A DNA stretch of 64,000 nucleotides, from NCBI GenBank assembly GCA_046293555.1, contig JBKBOT010000004.1, positions 1-64,000 on the forward strand, given 5' to 3'. This DNA comes from Pyrobaculum sp. GTDB lineage: Archaea; Thermoproteota; Thermoprotei; Thermoproteales; Thermoproteaceae. The translations under genes and the position numbers were made by a program. Each line of letters opens with the position of its first letter. The first letter of the stretch is position 1. The notes beneath the pieces are model-generated. The model ran no database searches, was not told where the DNA came from, and saw nothing but the letters and a program-made list of their open reading frames with translations. Shown here piece by piece: positions 9,993-19,743 of the stretch.

Positions 9993-11276
9993 GTGGACCT
10001 GTTTTTCGACTTGTTTGTCCCCCAGGCGGAGAGGCGGCTTGGAGAATATCTCCGCGTCGAGAGAGAAAGAGAGACCCCACCGCTTTATGTACCCCAGCGG
10101 GAGGTAGAAAGCCGTAACTCTAGCCTCAAGGCTGCCGGCGTGGACGGCGGCGTGGGGGTAGTGAGGCTGTCTAACGGCCACCAGGTGGTAATAGCCAGGG
10201 CGGCGGCGGTGGGGCCAGACTTCATGGAGAGAGACCTTGTGGCAGATGTGGCCACTATTGACGGCTCTCTACACTGGGCCTACCTGGTGATTACGGAGTC
10301 TCTAGCGGGGCTAAAGGCCGTGGGGAGACACGGCGTTGACGTCTTGTTTATGGACGGGTCGCTTTACGCCAAGATCATGAGGCTTGTTCACAACCTCATA
10401 CTGGCTAGAGAGTTCCAAAATCTTTACTACATCCCGGAGTTCGCCCTGGCGTTACACACGCTCTCCAGGCTGATAGAAGAGGCGGCAACACGGGGCGTGA
10501 GGCTGGTCTTCGTCTCCAAGGACCATAACTTTAGGCTTGTGAAAGAACACCTTATTTTCGACAGGCTTTATGCAAAACACCGCGACGCCCTATTCCAGAG
10601 GGGGCTTTTGTGGCACTCAGTGTTGTGGATCAGGAGGTTTAGAAAAGAGCTTCTAGAGAGCTACAGGAGGGCCCAGAGGTATGACTACGAGGCGGCCAGA
10701 CTGCTGGCTCTCCTCATAAACCAGTCTATAACTGACTCCCTGCTGCTTGACGCCTTGTTGCCTCCAGGGCGTTATACAGTCCCCATGTTGGTAGGCAGCT
10801 GCGACGCCTATATTAACTACAAGGACCTCACCACAGTGGAGAAGCTAGCCAAAGCTGCGGAGGACAGGCTGGAAGACTCTCTGATATTTAGGCTTAGAGA
10901 AGATTTTAACTACGACGTGGCTGGACTGGTGAGAAACGCGTTGGAGAAATTGCCAAAGATATATTTCTTCTACATTAAGCTCAGACATGAGGACAAGCCG
11001 CTGTTGGCCGAGGTGCCTGCAGAAGGCAGGATGTTCGACGGCGCTCCAGTCAAGGCCTTCCACCCCGCCGCCGACGTGGGAGATGTGGCGGGCTTTTTGG
11101 CAAGTCACTACAAAGACCCAATTCATTACAACACCTGGCTTTGGTATGCCCACACACACGCCTCGTTTAGATCAAGCCAGCTGGCGGAGTATGCGGTATA
11201 TCTAAAGAAGATAATTGCCGAGAGGGGGGCCAACCTGGGCGTCGCCAGGAGGGTAAAGCTGGCCTGGGGGTTATGA
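9993..11276 (+). CDS. nurA: DNA double-strand break repair nuclease NurA
   Basis: AGVDGG and FMDGSL acidic motifs, C-terminal His; first gene of the herA-mre11-rad50 operon. Confidence 0.9.
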   Translation: MDLFFDLFVPQAERRLGEYLRVERERETPPLYVPQREVESRNSSLKAAGVDGGVGVVRLSNGHQVVIARAAAVGPDFMERDLVADVATIDGSLHWAYLVITESLAGLKAVGRHGVDVLFMDGSLYAKIMRLVHNLILAREFQNLYYIPEFALALHTLSRLIEEAATRGVRLVFVSKDHNFRLVKEHLIFDRLYAKHRDALFQRGLLWHSVLWIRRFRKELLESYRRAQRYDYEAARLLALLINQSITDSLLLDALLPPGRYTVPMLVGSCDAYINYKDLTTVEKLAKAAEDRLEDSLIFRLREDFNYDVAGLVRNALEKLPKIYFFYIKLRHEDKPLLAEVPAEGRMFDGAPVKAFHPAADVGDVAGFLASHYKDPIHYNTWLWYAHTHASFRSSQLAEYAVYLKKIIAERGANLGVARRVKLAWGL

Positions 11277-13120
11277 AGGTAGGCCACGTGATGGCGGCGG
11301 CAACGCCCTTTGAGTTTCTCGCCACCATAGACCCCGAGAGCCCGGTGGGGCTTTATGAATACGTGGCGGTAGACCATATAGACGGGGGGCGGCTGTTGGG
11401 ACAAATCATAAGGCTCTACAGAGATCCCTACTCCCTCAAGAAGGACCTCCCCCTCTATTACGTCATGTCGGAGGTATCTAACAACCTCCTGGAGGTGCAG
11501 GTGGCGAGAGTGAAGATTCTGGGCTATCTAGATGGCGGCAAGTTAAAACTTCCCAAACAGCCCCCGAGAATTGGCGCCGCGGTGTATCTCGCAGAGGATG
11601 AAGAAGTGGCCGAGTTGTATAAAGTAGACAACGGGCTGTGTGTGGGGAAGTCCATCGGGAGGGAGGTAGAGATATGTCTAGACCTCAACGGGGTGAGGAG
11701 ACATATGGCCATAATGGCCGCCACTGGTAGCGGCAAGACGTGGCTTTCGGTGGTGTTAATTGAAGAGCTTTTGAAAAAAGGCGGCAAGATCGTGGTGTTT
11801 GACCCACACGGCGAGTACATCCCCATTAGAGATACTATCCACAAGCTGGGGCCATATGAGGCTAGGGTGATCACAGTGTCTGAACGGTATCCGGGAGATC
11901 TGAGGTATAAAATCGGGGTGCTACATAGCGACCCGGAGGCCTTGGGAGACGCGGCGGGAGTCCCGCCGAAAGCCACAAAGATAAGATACGCCATATATCT
12001 GGCACAGGCTTTAGCCAAGAGGGTGAGGGAGGCTGACGGAAGGCCTAGAGGCTTGGCCTTTATGTACAAAACGCTCCGCGCCGCCTTAGGGGGGGGTTTG
12101 AGGAAATACCTATCTAGAGAGGTAAAAAACGCGCTGGAGGACGACAGGAGGCTGGACCTACTAGTGGAAGACCTGGAGGCCTTGGCGCAGAGAGATAGGC
12201 ACTCTGTCTTCAGCGCCGTTATGTACCTCAAGCGGCTGAGGCGGCTGGGGGTATTTGCCCCCCGGTCCACCCCACTGTCTAAACTGCTGGCCGACGTGAC
12301 TATAGTAAACCTGGCGGGAGTGAGACAGGAGGTACAGGACTACGTCGTGGCCCATCTAACCGATAGGATCTTTGAGGCTAGAGTACGGCATGTGAGATCT
12401 CTAAAAGGCGAGGCCCTCCCCTGGCCGGTGGTGTTGTTTGTAGAGGAGGCACATAGGTTCGCGCCCCCCAAGACGTTAAAGAGGACTAGGGCATATGAGG
12501 CACTCTCCCGGGTAGCCGCCGAGGGGAGGAAATTTGGCGTCTTTCTGGTGGTGATAAGCCAGAGGCCAAGTAGGGTGGATCCAGACGTCATAAGTCAGTG
12601 CCAAAGCCAGGTGGTGATGCGTATAATCAACCCCAAGGACCAGGAGGCCGTTAGAGACAGCAGTGAGTTCATGGCGCAGGAGTTTTTAGAAAACCTCCCC
12701 GGCCTAGACGTGGGGGAGGCTGTGGTACTAGGGCCCGTGGTGAGACTGCCGGCGGTAGTAAAGGTGAGAGATAGGGCCCTGGAGTACGGGGGACAGGACA
12801 TAGATCTAGCGCAGGAGTGGCAGAAAGCCAGGGGGCAAGTGGGCAATATGGCCCTCTATAGAGTCTGGAGGGAGGTCTTTAAATCCACGCCGTCGCCCCA
12901 GGTGGTGCTGGCGGCGCAGGCCTTGGAGGTTGTATCTGTGAGTAAAGACGGCGCCGTGGCAAAAGTGGTGTTAAAAGACGGCGGGGGGAAAGTAGTTGTG
13001 ACAATAGAGGGGGGCCACGTGGCGTGTAGCCACTGCGGCGTTGGGAGGGGCTGCCCCCATGTCTACAAGGCGATGGAGGCGGCTGTAGACATAATTTGCC
13101 CCCAGCCGGGGTGTAGATGA
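11273..13120 (+). CDS. herA: bipolar helicase HerA with C-terminal SWIM-like Zn finger
   Basis: N-terminal HAS-like region, ATGSGKT, FDPHGEY, EEAH, EGRKFG, SQRP; tail CSHC-x5-CPH. Confidence 0.92.
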   Translation: MKVGHVMAAATPFEFLATIDPESPVGLYEYVAVDHIDGGRLLGQIIRLYRDPYSLKKDLPLYYVMSEVSNNLLEVQVARVKILGYLDGGKLKLPKQPPRIGAAVYLAEDEEVAELYKVDNGLCVGKSIGREVEICLDLNGVRRHMAIMAATGSGKTWLSVVLIEELLKKGGKIVVFDPHGEYIPIRDTIHKLGPYEARVITVSERYPGDLRYKIGVLHSDPEALGDAAGVPPKATKIRYAIYLAQALAKRVREADGRPRGLAFMYKTLRAALGGGLRKYLSREVKNALEDDRRLDLLVEDLEALAQRDRHSVFSAVMYLKRLRRLGVFAPRSTPLSKLLADVTIVNLAGVRQEVQDYVVAHLTDRIFEARVRHVRSLKGEALPWPVVLFVEEAHRFAPPKTLKRTRAYEALSRVAAEGRKFGVFLVVISQRPSRVDPDVISQCQSQVVMRIINPKDQEAVRDSSEFMAQEFLENLPGLDVGEAVVLGPVVRLPAVVKVRDRALEYGGQDIDLAQEWQKARGQVGNMALYRVWREVFKSTPSPQVVLAAQALEVVSVSKDGAVAKVVLKDGGGKVVVTIEGGHVACSHCGVGRGCPHVYKAMEAAVDIICPQPGCR

Positions 13121-14250
13121 AGATCCTCCATCTTTCAGACGCCCACCTGGGGAGGGCGCAGTACGGCCTCGCCGAGAGGGCTGAGGATTACTTCAACGCC
13201 TTTGAGGAGGCGTTGCGGCTGGGGAAATCCGCCGACGTGGTCCTGGCGACGGGGGACCTTTTCGACTCCAGGCAGGTACCCGTGCGGAGGCTCATGCGTT
13301 TTATAGACGTGGTGGAGGCGGCTGGGGTGAGGCTGTACGTCATCGGGGGGAATCACGACTTCAGCTATCTTGCCTACAGGTCGGATAGATACCACACGGT
13401 GTTGAGCCTACTGGACAGGCTGGGGCTAGTCCAGCTGCTATGCTGGAAGGAGGCAGAGGTGGGGGGCGTATATATCTACGGCGCCTGTGCCACGCCTAGA
13501 GAACACGTGGCTGAATACAGGGCTTACCTCCAGAGGATGCCTCCAGGCTCCATACTGGCCATACACCAGGCCATAGAGGGCGTGAGGGCGAGATACCCCA
13601 CGGAGTCTGACGACTTCACCATGCCGCAAAAAGTCTTTCAGGGCCTCCCCTATGTCCACATCGCCGCCGGCCATGTACATGACCACTACGTGAGCCACCC
13701 CGTCGGCGCGGTGTGGGCAGGGTCGCTGGAGCTGTGGGACGCCGGGGAGTTCGAGACGTGGGATTTCGACGGGAGGTGGGAAAGGGGGCAGGAGGCCGCC
13801 GGGAAGGGGGTGGTGTTGATAGACGTCGCCGGGAGGGGGGTGGTCCACAAGTCGTTACTTCTCTCACGGCGGCGGCCCATGTATAGAGTGAGGCTGCATG
13901 TAGGGGGTAGGGAGATACACCCCGCCGTGGAGGAAGCCGCCAGGCGTTTTGACCGAAGTGGGGCCGTGGTGAGGCTTGAGATATACGGCTCGGCGGAGGG
14001 GGTGAGGCTGGGGGAGCTGGCGGCCTATTTCCCCAAGGCCCTACATGTGGAGGTTGTAGACAAGACCTCCGCCCCGCGGCGGGCGGTAGAGCTGAGGGGC
14101 CCCGCCATGGGGGAGGTGATGCGGTTTTTAAAGGAGAGGCTGGGCGAACACGGGGAGGTGGTGCTAAAAGCCATGGAGTACCTCAGGGATGGAGATAGGG
14201 AGGCCGCAGAGAGGCTTCTCGCGGGGGTTCTGTATGATAAGGAGGGTTGA
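13117..14250 (+). CDS. mre11: Mre11 nuclease
   Basis: SDAHLG, GDLFD, GNHD, GHVH metallophosphoesterase motifs. Confidence 0.93.
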   Translation: MKILHLSDAHLGRAQYGLAERAEDYFNAFEEALRLGKSADVVLATGDLFDSRQVPVRRLMRFIDVVEAAGVRLYVIGGNHDFSYLAYRSDRYHTVLSLLDRLGLVQLLCWKEAEVGGVYIYGACATPREHVAEYRAYLQRMPPGSILAIHQAIEGVRARYPTESDDFTMPQKVFQGLPYVHIAAGHVHDHYVSHPVGAVWAGSLELWDAGEFETWDFDGRWERGQEAAGKGVVLIDVAGRGVVHKSLLLSRRRPMYRVRLHVGGREIHPAVEEAARRFDRSGAVVRLEIYGSAEGVRLGELAAYFPKALHVEVVDKTSAPRRAVELRGPAMGEVMRFLKERLGEHGEVVLKAMEYLRDGDREAAERLLAGVLYDKEG

Positions 14251-16369
14251 GTTGACAAACTTTAAGGCCCACGAGAGGGCTGTCTTCAGGCTTGAAGAGG
14301 GGGTTGTTTTTATCCATGGCCCCAACGGCGCCGGCAAGACCTCGTTGATGGAAGCCATATCGGTGGCGTTATTTGGGTCACAGTGGGTGAGGAGAGTCGG
14401 CGGGAGGTGGTCCGACTTCTTGAGGCTAGGCGCGCCCTACGGCGAGGTGAAGCTGGCGTTAGAACATAGGGGAGATGAGGTGGTTGTGACTAGACGTTTT
14501 GAAAGAGAGGGAGGTGACGCCAGGCTGTATGTCAACAACGTCCTGGCGGCGCGGGGGGATAAAGAGGTTACCACAGAGCTTATGGCCAGGCTTGGGCTAA
14601 ATGTCGAGGAGTATCGCCACCTGCTTTATATCAGACAGGGCGAGCTGCGGAGGATTCTAGAGGAGGATTATCTAGACCGCCTCTTTAGGCTAGACGAGTT
14701 CGACAAGGTGGCTGAAATAATTAAAGAGATACGGCTAGAGCTGGAGAAAAAGAGGGAGAGAGCCGCCGGGAGGGTCGAGACTTTAGAGAGAGAGGTGGCT
14801 AGCCTTAAGAGAGAGGTGGAGGAGCTAAAAGCCAGATTGGGGGAGGTGGAGGGGAGGCTGAAAGAGCTAGAAAAGACGGCGGCCGGGTTTAGAGAGGTGG
14901 AGGAGAGATATCTAAAGCTGAGGGAGCGACAAGCCTCATTGGCCAAAGAGGCGGAAAGTCTCGAAAGGCGATGGGGGGAGTACGTACAGACGGCGGTAGA
15001 CCTCGAGAGAGAGGTAGAGGGGTTAAAAAAAGAGCTGGAGGCCATCTGGAAGGCCAGAGAGGAGCTACAGTTGTTACCACAGCTGGGGGACATAGAGGGG
15101 GAGTACTTCACCCTAAGGGAGCGGGTGGAAAAAGCCGAGAGGACGCCGCCAGCGGTGAGGAGTTTCAACCCACAGGTGTTAGAGGAGAAGAGGAGAGAAC
15201 GAGATGAGACAATGAGGAGACACGCAGCGCTTAGCTCCAAGCTGAAACTCTTGAGAGATGTGATCAAACTGGCTAAATCCGCACAGGGCGGCCGTTGTCC
15301 CATATGTAACTCGCCGCTAGGTAGAGATGTGGTGTGGCGCCACGAGCTGGAGGCGACGGAGCTCGAGAAGGAGGTCGAGGAGCTTGGGGCCCTCCTCCAG
15401 AGGCTTCACGACGAGGTGAAAAAACTAGAGGAGATAGAGAGACTTTACCAGAAGTATAAAGAGCTAGACGTAGACGAGACAGCCAAAAGGAGGCTTAGAG
15501 AGCTAGAGGATCTCTACAATATGAAAAAAGAGGTGGAGAGAAAAAGGGCGGCCCTCTTGGCGCAATTGGCCAGAGAGGCTGAGGTGCTCCGGCGGCTTGA
15601 GGAGAAGGAGAGGAAGAAGAGCGAGACGGAGAGAAAGGCGGAGGAGATGGGGCGGCGGATAAGAGAGGTTGAAGCTGAGCTTAAAGATGTAGAGACCCAG
15701 CTGGCCGAGGTGGAGTCAACCTATCGACAAGCCAAGACGCTTTATGAAGAATATCTCCAGAAGTCCTCTCTGGCGGCTCAGTGGAGGAAAGAACTAGGGG
15801 GGAAAGAGGGGAGGTTAGCTAAAGCCGTGGAGGAGTTAGAGAGGGAGAAAAGGGAGCTTCAGAAGCTAGAAAAAGCTGTGGAGTTAGGAAGACATATGGA
15901 GAAAGTAATTAAGGAGGTGAAGCCGGCGGTACGCCAGATCTTAATAAAAGGGGTGAACACAGAGTTAAACAAGATATTTCTACAGTTACGCCATAAGGAG
16001 TCCTTCCGGTCTATACAGCTGGTGGAAAACAACGGGCGGTACTCCGTGCGGGTAAACACGGAGGGGGGGCCTATAGACTTCAGACAGCTCTCGTTGGGGG
16101 AACAGAACCTGGTGGCCCTCTCGCTTAGGGTGGCGGTCGCCAGGGCGTTATTGGGATGGGCCCCCTTTATGATGTTAGACGAGCCCACTGAACATCTGGA
16201 CGAAAGCCACAGGAGGGGAATTGTGGAGCTCGTGAGGGGGCTGGCCTCCGTGGTGCCTCTCGTTATTGTCACCTCCCACCTGGGCGAGTTTGAAGAAGCC
16301 GCAAGCCTCACCGTGGAGCTGGCCTACCGCTCTAGAAGCCAGACGGGGGCTGAAAGCAGGGCGACATAG
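14234..16369 (+). CDS. rad50: Rad50 ATPase
   Basis: GPNGAGKTS, coiled coil with CPIC zinc hook, LDEPT; ATG start at 14234. Confidence 0.93.
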   Translation: MIRRVELTNFKAHERAVFRLEEGVVFIHGPNGAGKTSLMEAISVALFGSQWVRRVGGRWSDFLRLGAPYGEVKLALEHRGDEVVVTRRFEREGGDARLYVNNVLAARGDKEVTTELMARLGLNVEEYRHLLYIRQGELRRILEEDYLDRLFRLDEFDKVAEIIKEIRLELEKKRERAAGRVETLEREVASLKREVEELKARLGEVEGRLKELEKTAAGFREVEERYLKLRERQASLAKEAESLERRWGEYVQTAVDLEREVEGLKKELEAIWKAREELQLLPQLGDIEGEYFTLRERVEKAERTPPAVRSFNPQVLEEKRRERDETMRRHAALSSKLKLLRDVIKLAKSAQGGRCPICNSPLGRDVVWRHELEATELEKEVEELGALLQRLHDEVKKLEEIERLYQKYKELDVDETAKRRLRELEDLYNMKKEVERKRAALLAQLAREAEVLRRLEEKERKKSETERKAEEMGRRIREVEAELKDVETQLAEVESTYRQAKTLYEEYLQKSSLAAQWRKELGGKEGRLAKAVEELEREKRELQKLEKAVELGRHMEKVIKEVKPAVRQILIKGVNTELNKIFLQLRHKESFRSIQLVENNGRYSVRVNTEGGPIDFRQLSLGEQNLVALSLRVAVARALLGWAPFMMLDEPTEHLDESHRRGIVELVRGLASVVPLVIVTSHLGEFEEAASLTVELAYRSRSQTGAESRAT

Positions 16370-17451
16370 CCGCCGAAGGCTTGCATCAAGGTCTTTCCCT
16401 CCTCCACGCCTCTTGGCACCACCTCGATCTTTACGTCTTTCCTCTCGGCCATGGTGACCACTTCTAACACCGCCTCCTCGCCTAGCTCTTCTGCCACCAC
16501 CACTGTGTCCACGGCGCCGTGTTCCAACGCCTTCAGCACCTTGTCTCTGCCGTAGATAATATAGTCAGATTTCCTCACGGCGTAGTACATCACTCTCTCC
16601 ATCACCTCCTTCGCCCTCACGTATTCACTCTCTTTTAGCTGCTCCTGGGCGTTCCTTATGGCCTCCACCACGCCGTACTCGTTGGCACAACATGACGACA
16701 CTACCGCCAGCACCTTGTCTTTTAGCCTGTAGTCAAGTCCCCCCACCTCTAGAAACTCCTCCTTCGTGGGGCCTGGCCCCGCCACAATTATGCCCTTTAG
16801 GGTGGGTATCTGTAGAAATATCCTGTTGACCTCCTCGGCCAGCACCTTGTAGAAAGCCTCGGCTAGGTGTTCTGTCTGTCTCTTAAAGCGGTTGGCCGAC
16901 TGGCCCCCGGCGTGGTGTTTACCCGGCACGTAGAACTCCACAGTTTTTACCACCTCCCACTGGCCTCCCTTCAGAAGGGCTATCACCGCCTCGCCCCTCT
17001 CTACAACCACAATGCCGTATGTAGTGCCGCCGTGGAGCTGTTCCTCCAGCATCTCGACGTGAAAAGCCGTGTCGCAGATATACTTAAAGGTGTGGACAGG
17101 CTGTGGCGGCACCACCACGTAGTAAACCCACTCGTAGCTACCCTGGTTGACCATATGGAAGCCGGCGAAGACCGCCATGCCGTTTTCCGGCGCCTTGGCC
17201 TCCCCCTTCAGGTTGTTCACTATACGCTCCAACGTGTCCTGGACGTGAGTCCTCGTGGTCTTGTCCTTTATGTTGGCGGCAGTGGCCCACTCGGAACGCA
17301 GGAGGTTTAACACGTCTGGGATAGGCCGCCCCGAGTTTACATATAGCGTTATGAGCGTTGTGGCATACCCCCTGAATTTTTTCAACAGGTTTATAAATGC
17401 CCTAAGCTCCGTGGGGGTCTTGAGGTAATACACGCCGTTGGGAAGCCTCAT
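16324..17451 (-). CDS. prf1: peptide chain release factor aRF1
   Basis: NIKD (NIKS-like), YxCxxxF, GGQS.NRF; ATG 17451. Confidence 0.95.
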   Translation of the reverse strand: MRLPNGVYYLKTPTELRAFINLLKKFRGYATTLITLYVNSGRPIPDVLNLLRSEWATAANIKDKTTRTHVQDTLERIVNNLKGEAKAPENGMAVFAGFHMVNQGSYEWVYYVVVPPQPVHTFKYICDTAFHVEMLEEQLHGGTTYGIVVVERGEAVIALLKGGQWEVVKTVEFYVPGKHHAGGQSANRFKRQTEHLAEAFYKVLAEEVNRIFLQIPTLKGIIVAGPGPTKEEFLEVGGLDYRLKDKVLAVVSSCCANEYGVVEAIRNAQEQLKESEYVRAKEVMERVMYYAVRKSDYIIYGRDKVLKALEHGAVDTVVVAEELGEEAVLEVVTMAERKDVKIEVVPRGVEEGKTLMQAFGGYVALLSAPVWLLER

Positions 17452-17519
17452 GTCTACACAGTGGAGATGTACTTTATATATTTTGGAGAAGGTTTTTAAA
17501 CACATGTTTTAGACACCAC

Positions 17520-17840
17520 GTGTCTCTTGCCTCTAGGAGAAAAGTGAGGATTAGGCTATATGGCACCAACCCGACAGATTTAGAACAAGTGGCTAGAGAG
17601 ATCGTAGAGCTAGCCAAAAAGATGGGCGTAGAGGTGAGAGGCCCCATCCCGCTGCCTACCCGCAGGCTTGTGGTAACAGTGAGGAGAGCGCCGTCGGGAC
17701 AGGGGTATCACACTTACGACCACTGGGAGATGCGAATCTCCAAGAGGCTTATAGACATAGAGGCCTCAGAGAGAGTGTTGAGAAGACTTATGACCATACG
17801 TGTGCCAGACACAGTAAAGATAGAACTACAACTGATTTAA
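17520..17840 (+). CDS. rps10: 30S ribosomal protein S10 (uS10)
   Basis: RGPIPLPTRRL, WEMRISKRLIDI. Confidence 0.97.
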   Translation: MSLASRRKVRIRLYGTNPTDLEQVAREIVELAKKMGVEVRGPIPLPTRRLVVTVRRAPSGQGYHTYDHWEMRISKRLIDIEASERVLRRLMTIRVPDTVKIELQLI

Positions 17841-17932
17841 TGTCAATTTACAAATTTGTGTTATTTCTAGCCACGGCGATTTTAATTGCGGCCATTGTGG
17901 TGATAATCTTCCTATCTCTCCATGCCCCTTAA
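17840..17932 (+). CDS. putative 30-aa single-TM microprotein
   Basis: MSIYKFVLFLATAILIAAIVVIIFLSLHAP*; ATG overlaps the rps10 stop (TAATG); not in the ORF track. Confidence 0.5.
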   Translation: MSIYKFVLFLATAILIAAIVVIIFLSLHAP

Positions 17933-18139
17933 GACGTAATAGCTCCTGTGGTTTATCACAACTCTTTTCACAAGCCCCTCGCGCTCTAGGACATATAGAT
18001 GCCACTGAAGCCTCCCCCACTCCATCCCCGTGAGTCTCATCAACTGGCTCTGTGTGAAAGGCCCTTTCTCGCTGAGAAGTTCCAATAGTCTCACTCTGTC
18101 TGAATGCCCCAACGCCGTTGTGTGTTTCCATCTAGCCAT
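17912..18139 (-). CDS. small winged-helix (ArsR-like) regulator
   Basis: LGHSDRVRLLELL, LQWHLYVLEREGLV. Confidence 0.75.
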   Translation of the reverse strand: MARWKHTTALGHSDRVRLLELLSEKGPFTQSQLMRLTGMEWGRLQWHLYVLEREGLVKRVVINHRSYYVLRGMER

Positions 18140-18147
18140 GCGCGGCC

Positions 18148-18831
18148 CTATTTGCCAAAATAAAAACTCTCCGTAGTGGCGTTAATTGTGTCTAGACAGC
18201 GGGCGACCTCCCTAATGGCTTTTCTGATCTCCTCGCCGCTGGGCGCCTCTATGCCGAAAAGCTCTGCCTCCAGCCTGGCTGCCAGCCAGTAGAGCCTCAG
18301 TTTTGCCAAAACTAGGGTCTTGTTGGCCATCTCCACAGCCGGTTGTATGGGAGTCTCAATGCCGCGGTGTTTTAGTGGGATGTCAAGCCTCTCCTCGCCC
18401 AATATCTCTACAAAAATACCCCCCTTGTTTATTGTAATAATACCGCTGTGTTTGTGGCCAGTCTCTCTCCCAATTTCTACAATCTTATATGCAGTCCTCA
18501 CATCGGCTGTGGCCACGTGGATAATTGCCCCCCTTACCATAAGCCAGGCGTGATCTAGCTCAGAAATGGCCTCTTCTATCAACTCTGTAGGCACTGGATG
18601 ATGCCACTTCGCCACAGGCCGGAAGCCCTTGCCCTTGCTATAACTAGGCCTGACTGCCTCTGCCACCATGATCCTGCCGCTACAGCTAGAGGTGGTATAT
18701 ATATTGGGGTGGCTGTTTAAAAGCCTGAGGAGGGGCAGTATGTCGCCGTCTACTCTGTCTTGCAACGCCTCCAGCTCAAGTCTTTCTAAAAAGACCTTTT
18801 TACGGAGTTGAAAGACTTGTCTATCTACCAC
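18148..18831 (-). CDS. taw3: tRNA wyosine-derivative methyltransferase Taw3/TYW3
   Basis: VD..I..LL..LN....YTTSSCSGRI and KWH motifs. Confidence 0.9.
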   Translation of the reverse strand: MVDRQVFQLRKKVFLERLELEALQDRVDGDILPLLRLLNSHPNIYTTSSCSGRIMVAEAVRPSYSKGKGFRPVAKWHHPVPTELIEEAISELDHAWLMVRGAIIHVATADVRTAYKIVEIGRETGHKHSGIITINKGGIFVEILGEERLDIPLKHRGIETPIQPAVEMANKTLVLAKLRLYWLAARLEAELFGIEAPSGEEIRKAIREVARCLDTINATTESFYFGK

Positions 18832-19721
18832 AGGTCTTTTAAAAGCCGCTCTAGCTCCTTCCTATCTTTGTCGTCTACAGGCGGCAGGGGCTCACGGGGC
18901 GGGCCCATGTCTATGCCGTGTACTATCTGCGCCGCCAGTTTGTAAAGCGTGGGCCACTTGCCCCCTAGCCTGCCCACCAGCCCACAGCCCCCCATAAAAC
19001 GCCAGAGGGGCATCAGCCTGTTGTGTAACGCCAAGGCCTCTGAGATCTTGCCCTCCCTCACGAGGCGGTACTGGTCAAGAGTAATACGGCCGAGGAAGTT
19101 AGGCCCCGCCAACACCCCGCCGCGGGCGCCCATAACCAGCGAGGGGACAAACAACATGTCTAACCCCTGTAGTACAGAAAGGCGGCGGCCTAATAAATAT
19201 ATGAGGTCTAGGTGGTATCTAAAGTCGCCGCTGCTGTCCTTAACGGCCACCACCTGGCTGTACTCCTGCGCCACGAGTTCAAAAACCTCGACAGGGATGT
19301 TATAGCCGGTGGCAAGCGGGATGGTGTAGAGAATTACAGACATATCCACTTTATCTAACACCTTTTTATAAAAGGCGTAGACTGCGGCCCAGTCGGGCTG
19401 TAGGTAATAAGGTGGCGTGATTAACAACATGTCTACCCCAACGTCTTTATATCTCCTCGCCATTTCTATAGTGGAAAGGTGGTCGCCGGTGCCGGTGCCT
19501 GCAACCACCAACGCCTTGCCGCCGGCAGCCTCCCTTGCCACCTCCATGGCCTTCACCCTCTCATCTGGCGTCAGCTTGGTCACCTCACCTGTAGAGGAGG
19601 TGGGGAAGACGCCGTGGTACCCCTCGGCCACGATTTTGGAGAGGAGTTCTCTCAAGCCGTCATAGTTGACCCCCTCTTTCGTAAAGGGGGTTACAGTGGC
19701 CACTATAACTCCCTCAATCAT
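18825..19721 (-). CDS. dihydrodipicolinate synthase (DHDPS/NAL) family aldolase
   Basis: VTPF, SSTGE, TPPYY, Schiff-base KDSSGD. Confidence 0.88.
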   Translation of the reverse strand: MIEGVIVATVTPFTKEGVNYDGLRELLSKIVAEGYHGVFPTSSTGEVTKLTPDERVKAMEVAREAAGGKALVVAGTGTGDHLSTIEMARRYKDVGVDMLLITPPYYLQPDWAAVYAFYKKVLDKVDMSVILYTIPLATGYNIPVEVFELVAQEYSQVVAVKDSSGDFRYHLDLIYLLGRRLSVLQGLDMLFVPSLVMGARGGVLAGPNFLGRITLDQYRLVREGKISEALALHNRLMPLWRFMGGCGLVGRLGGKWPTLYKLAAQIVHGIDMGPPREPLPPVDDKDRKELERLLKDLW

Positions 19722-19743
19722 AGAAAAATACTACTGGGGTTTT

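Noticed and set aside
11273-13120. HerA-based anti-phage defence system
   Set aside because: Context is the canonical nurA-herA-mre11-rad50 repair operon
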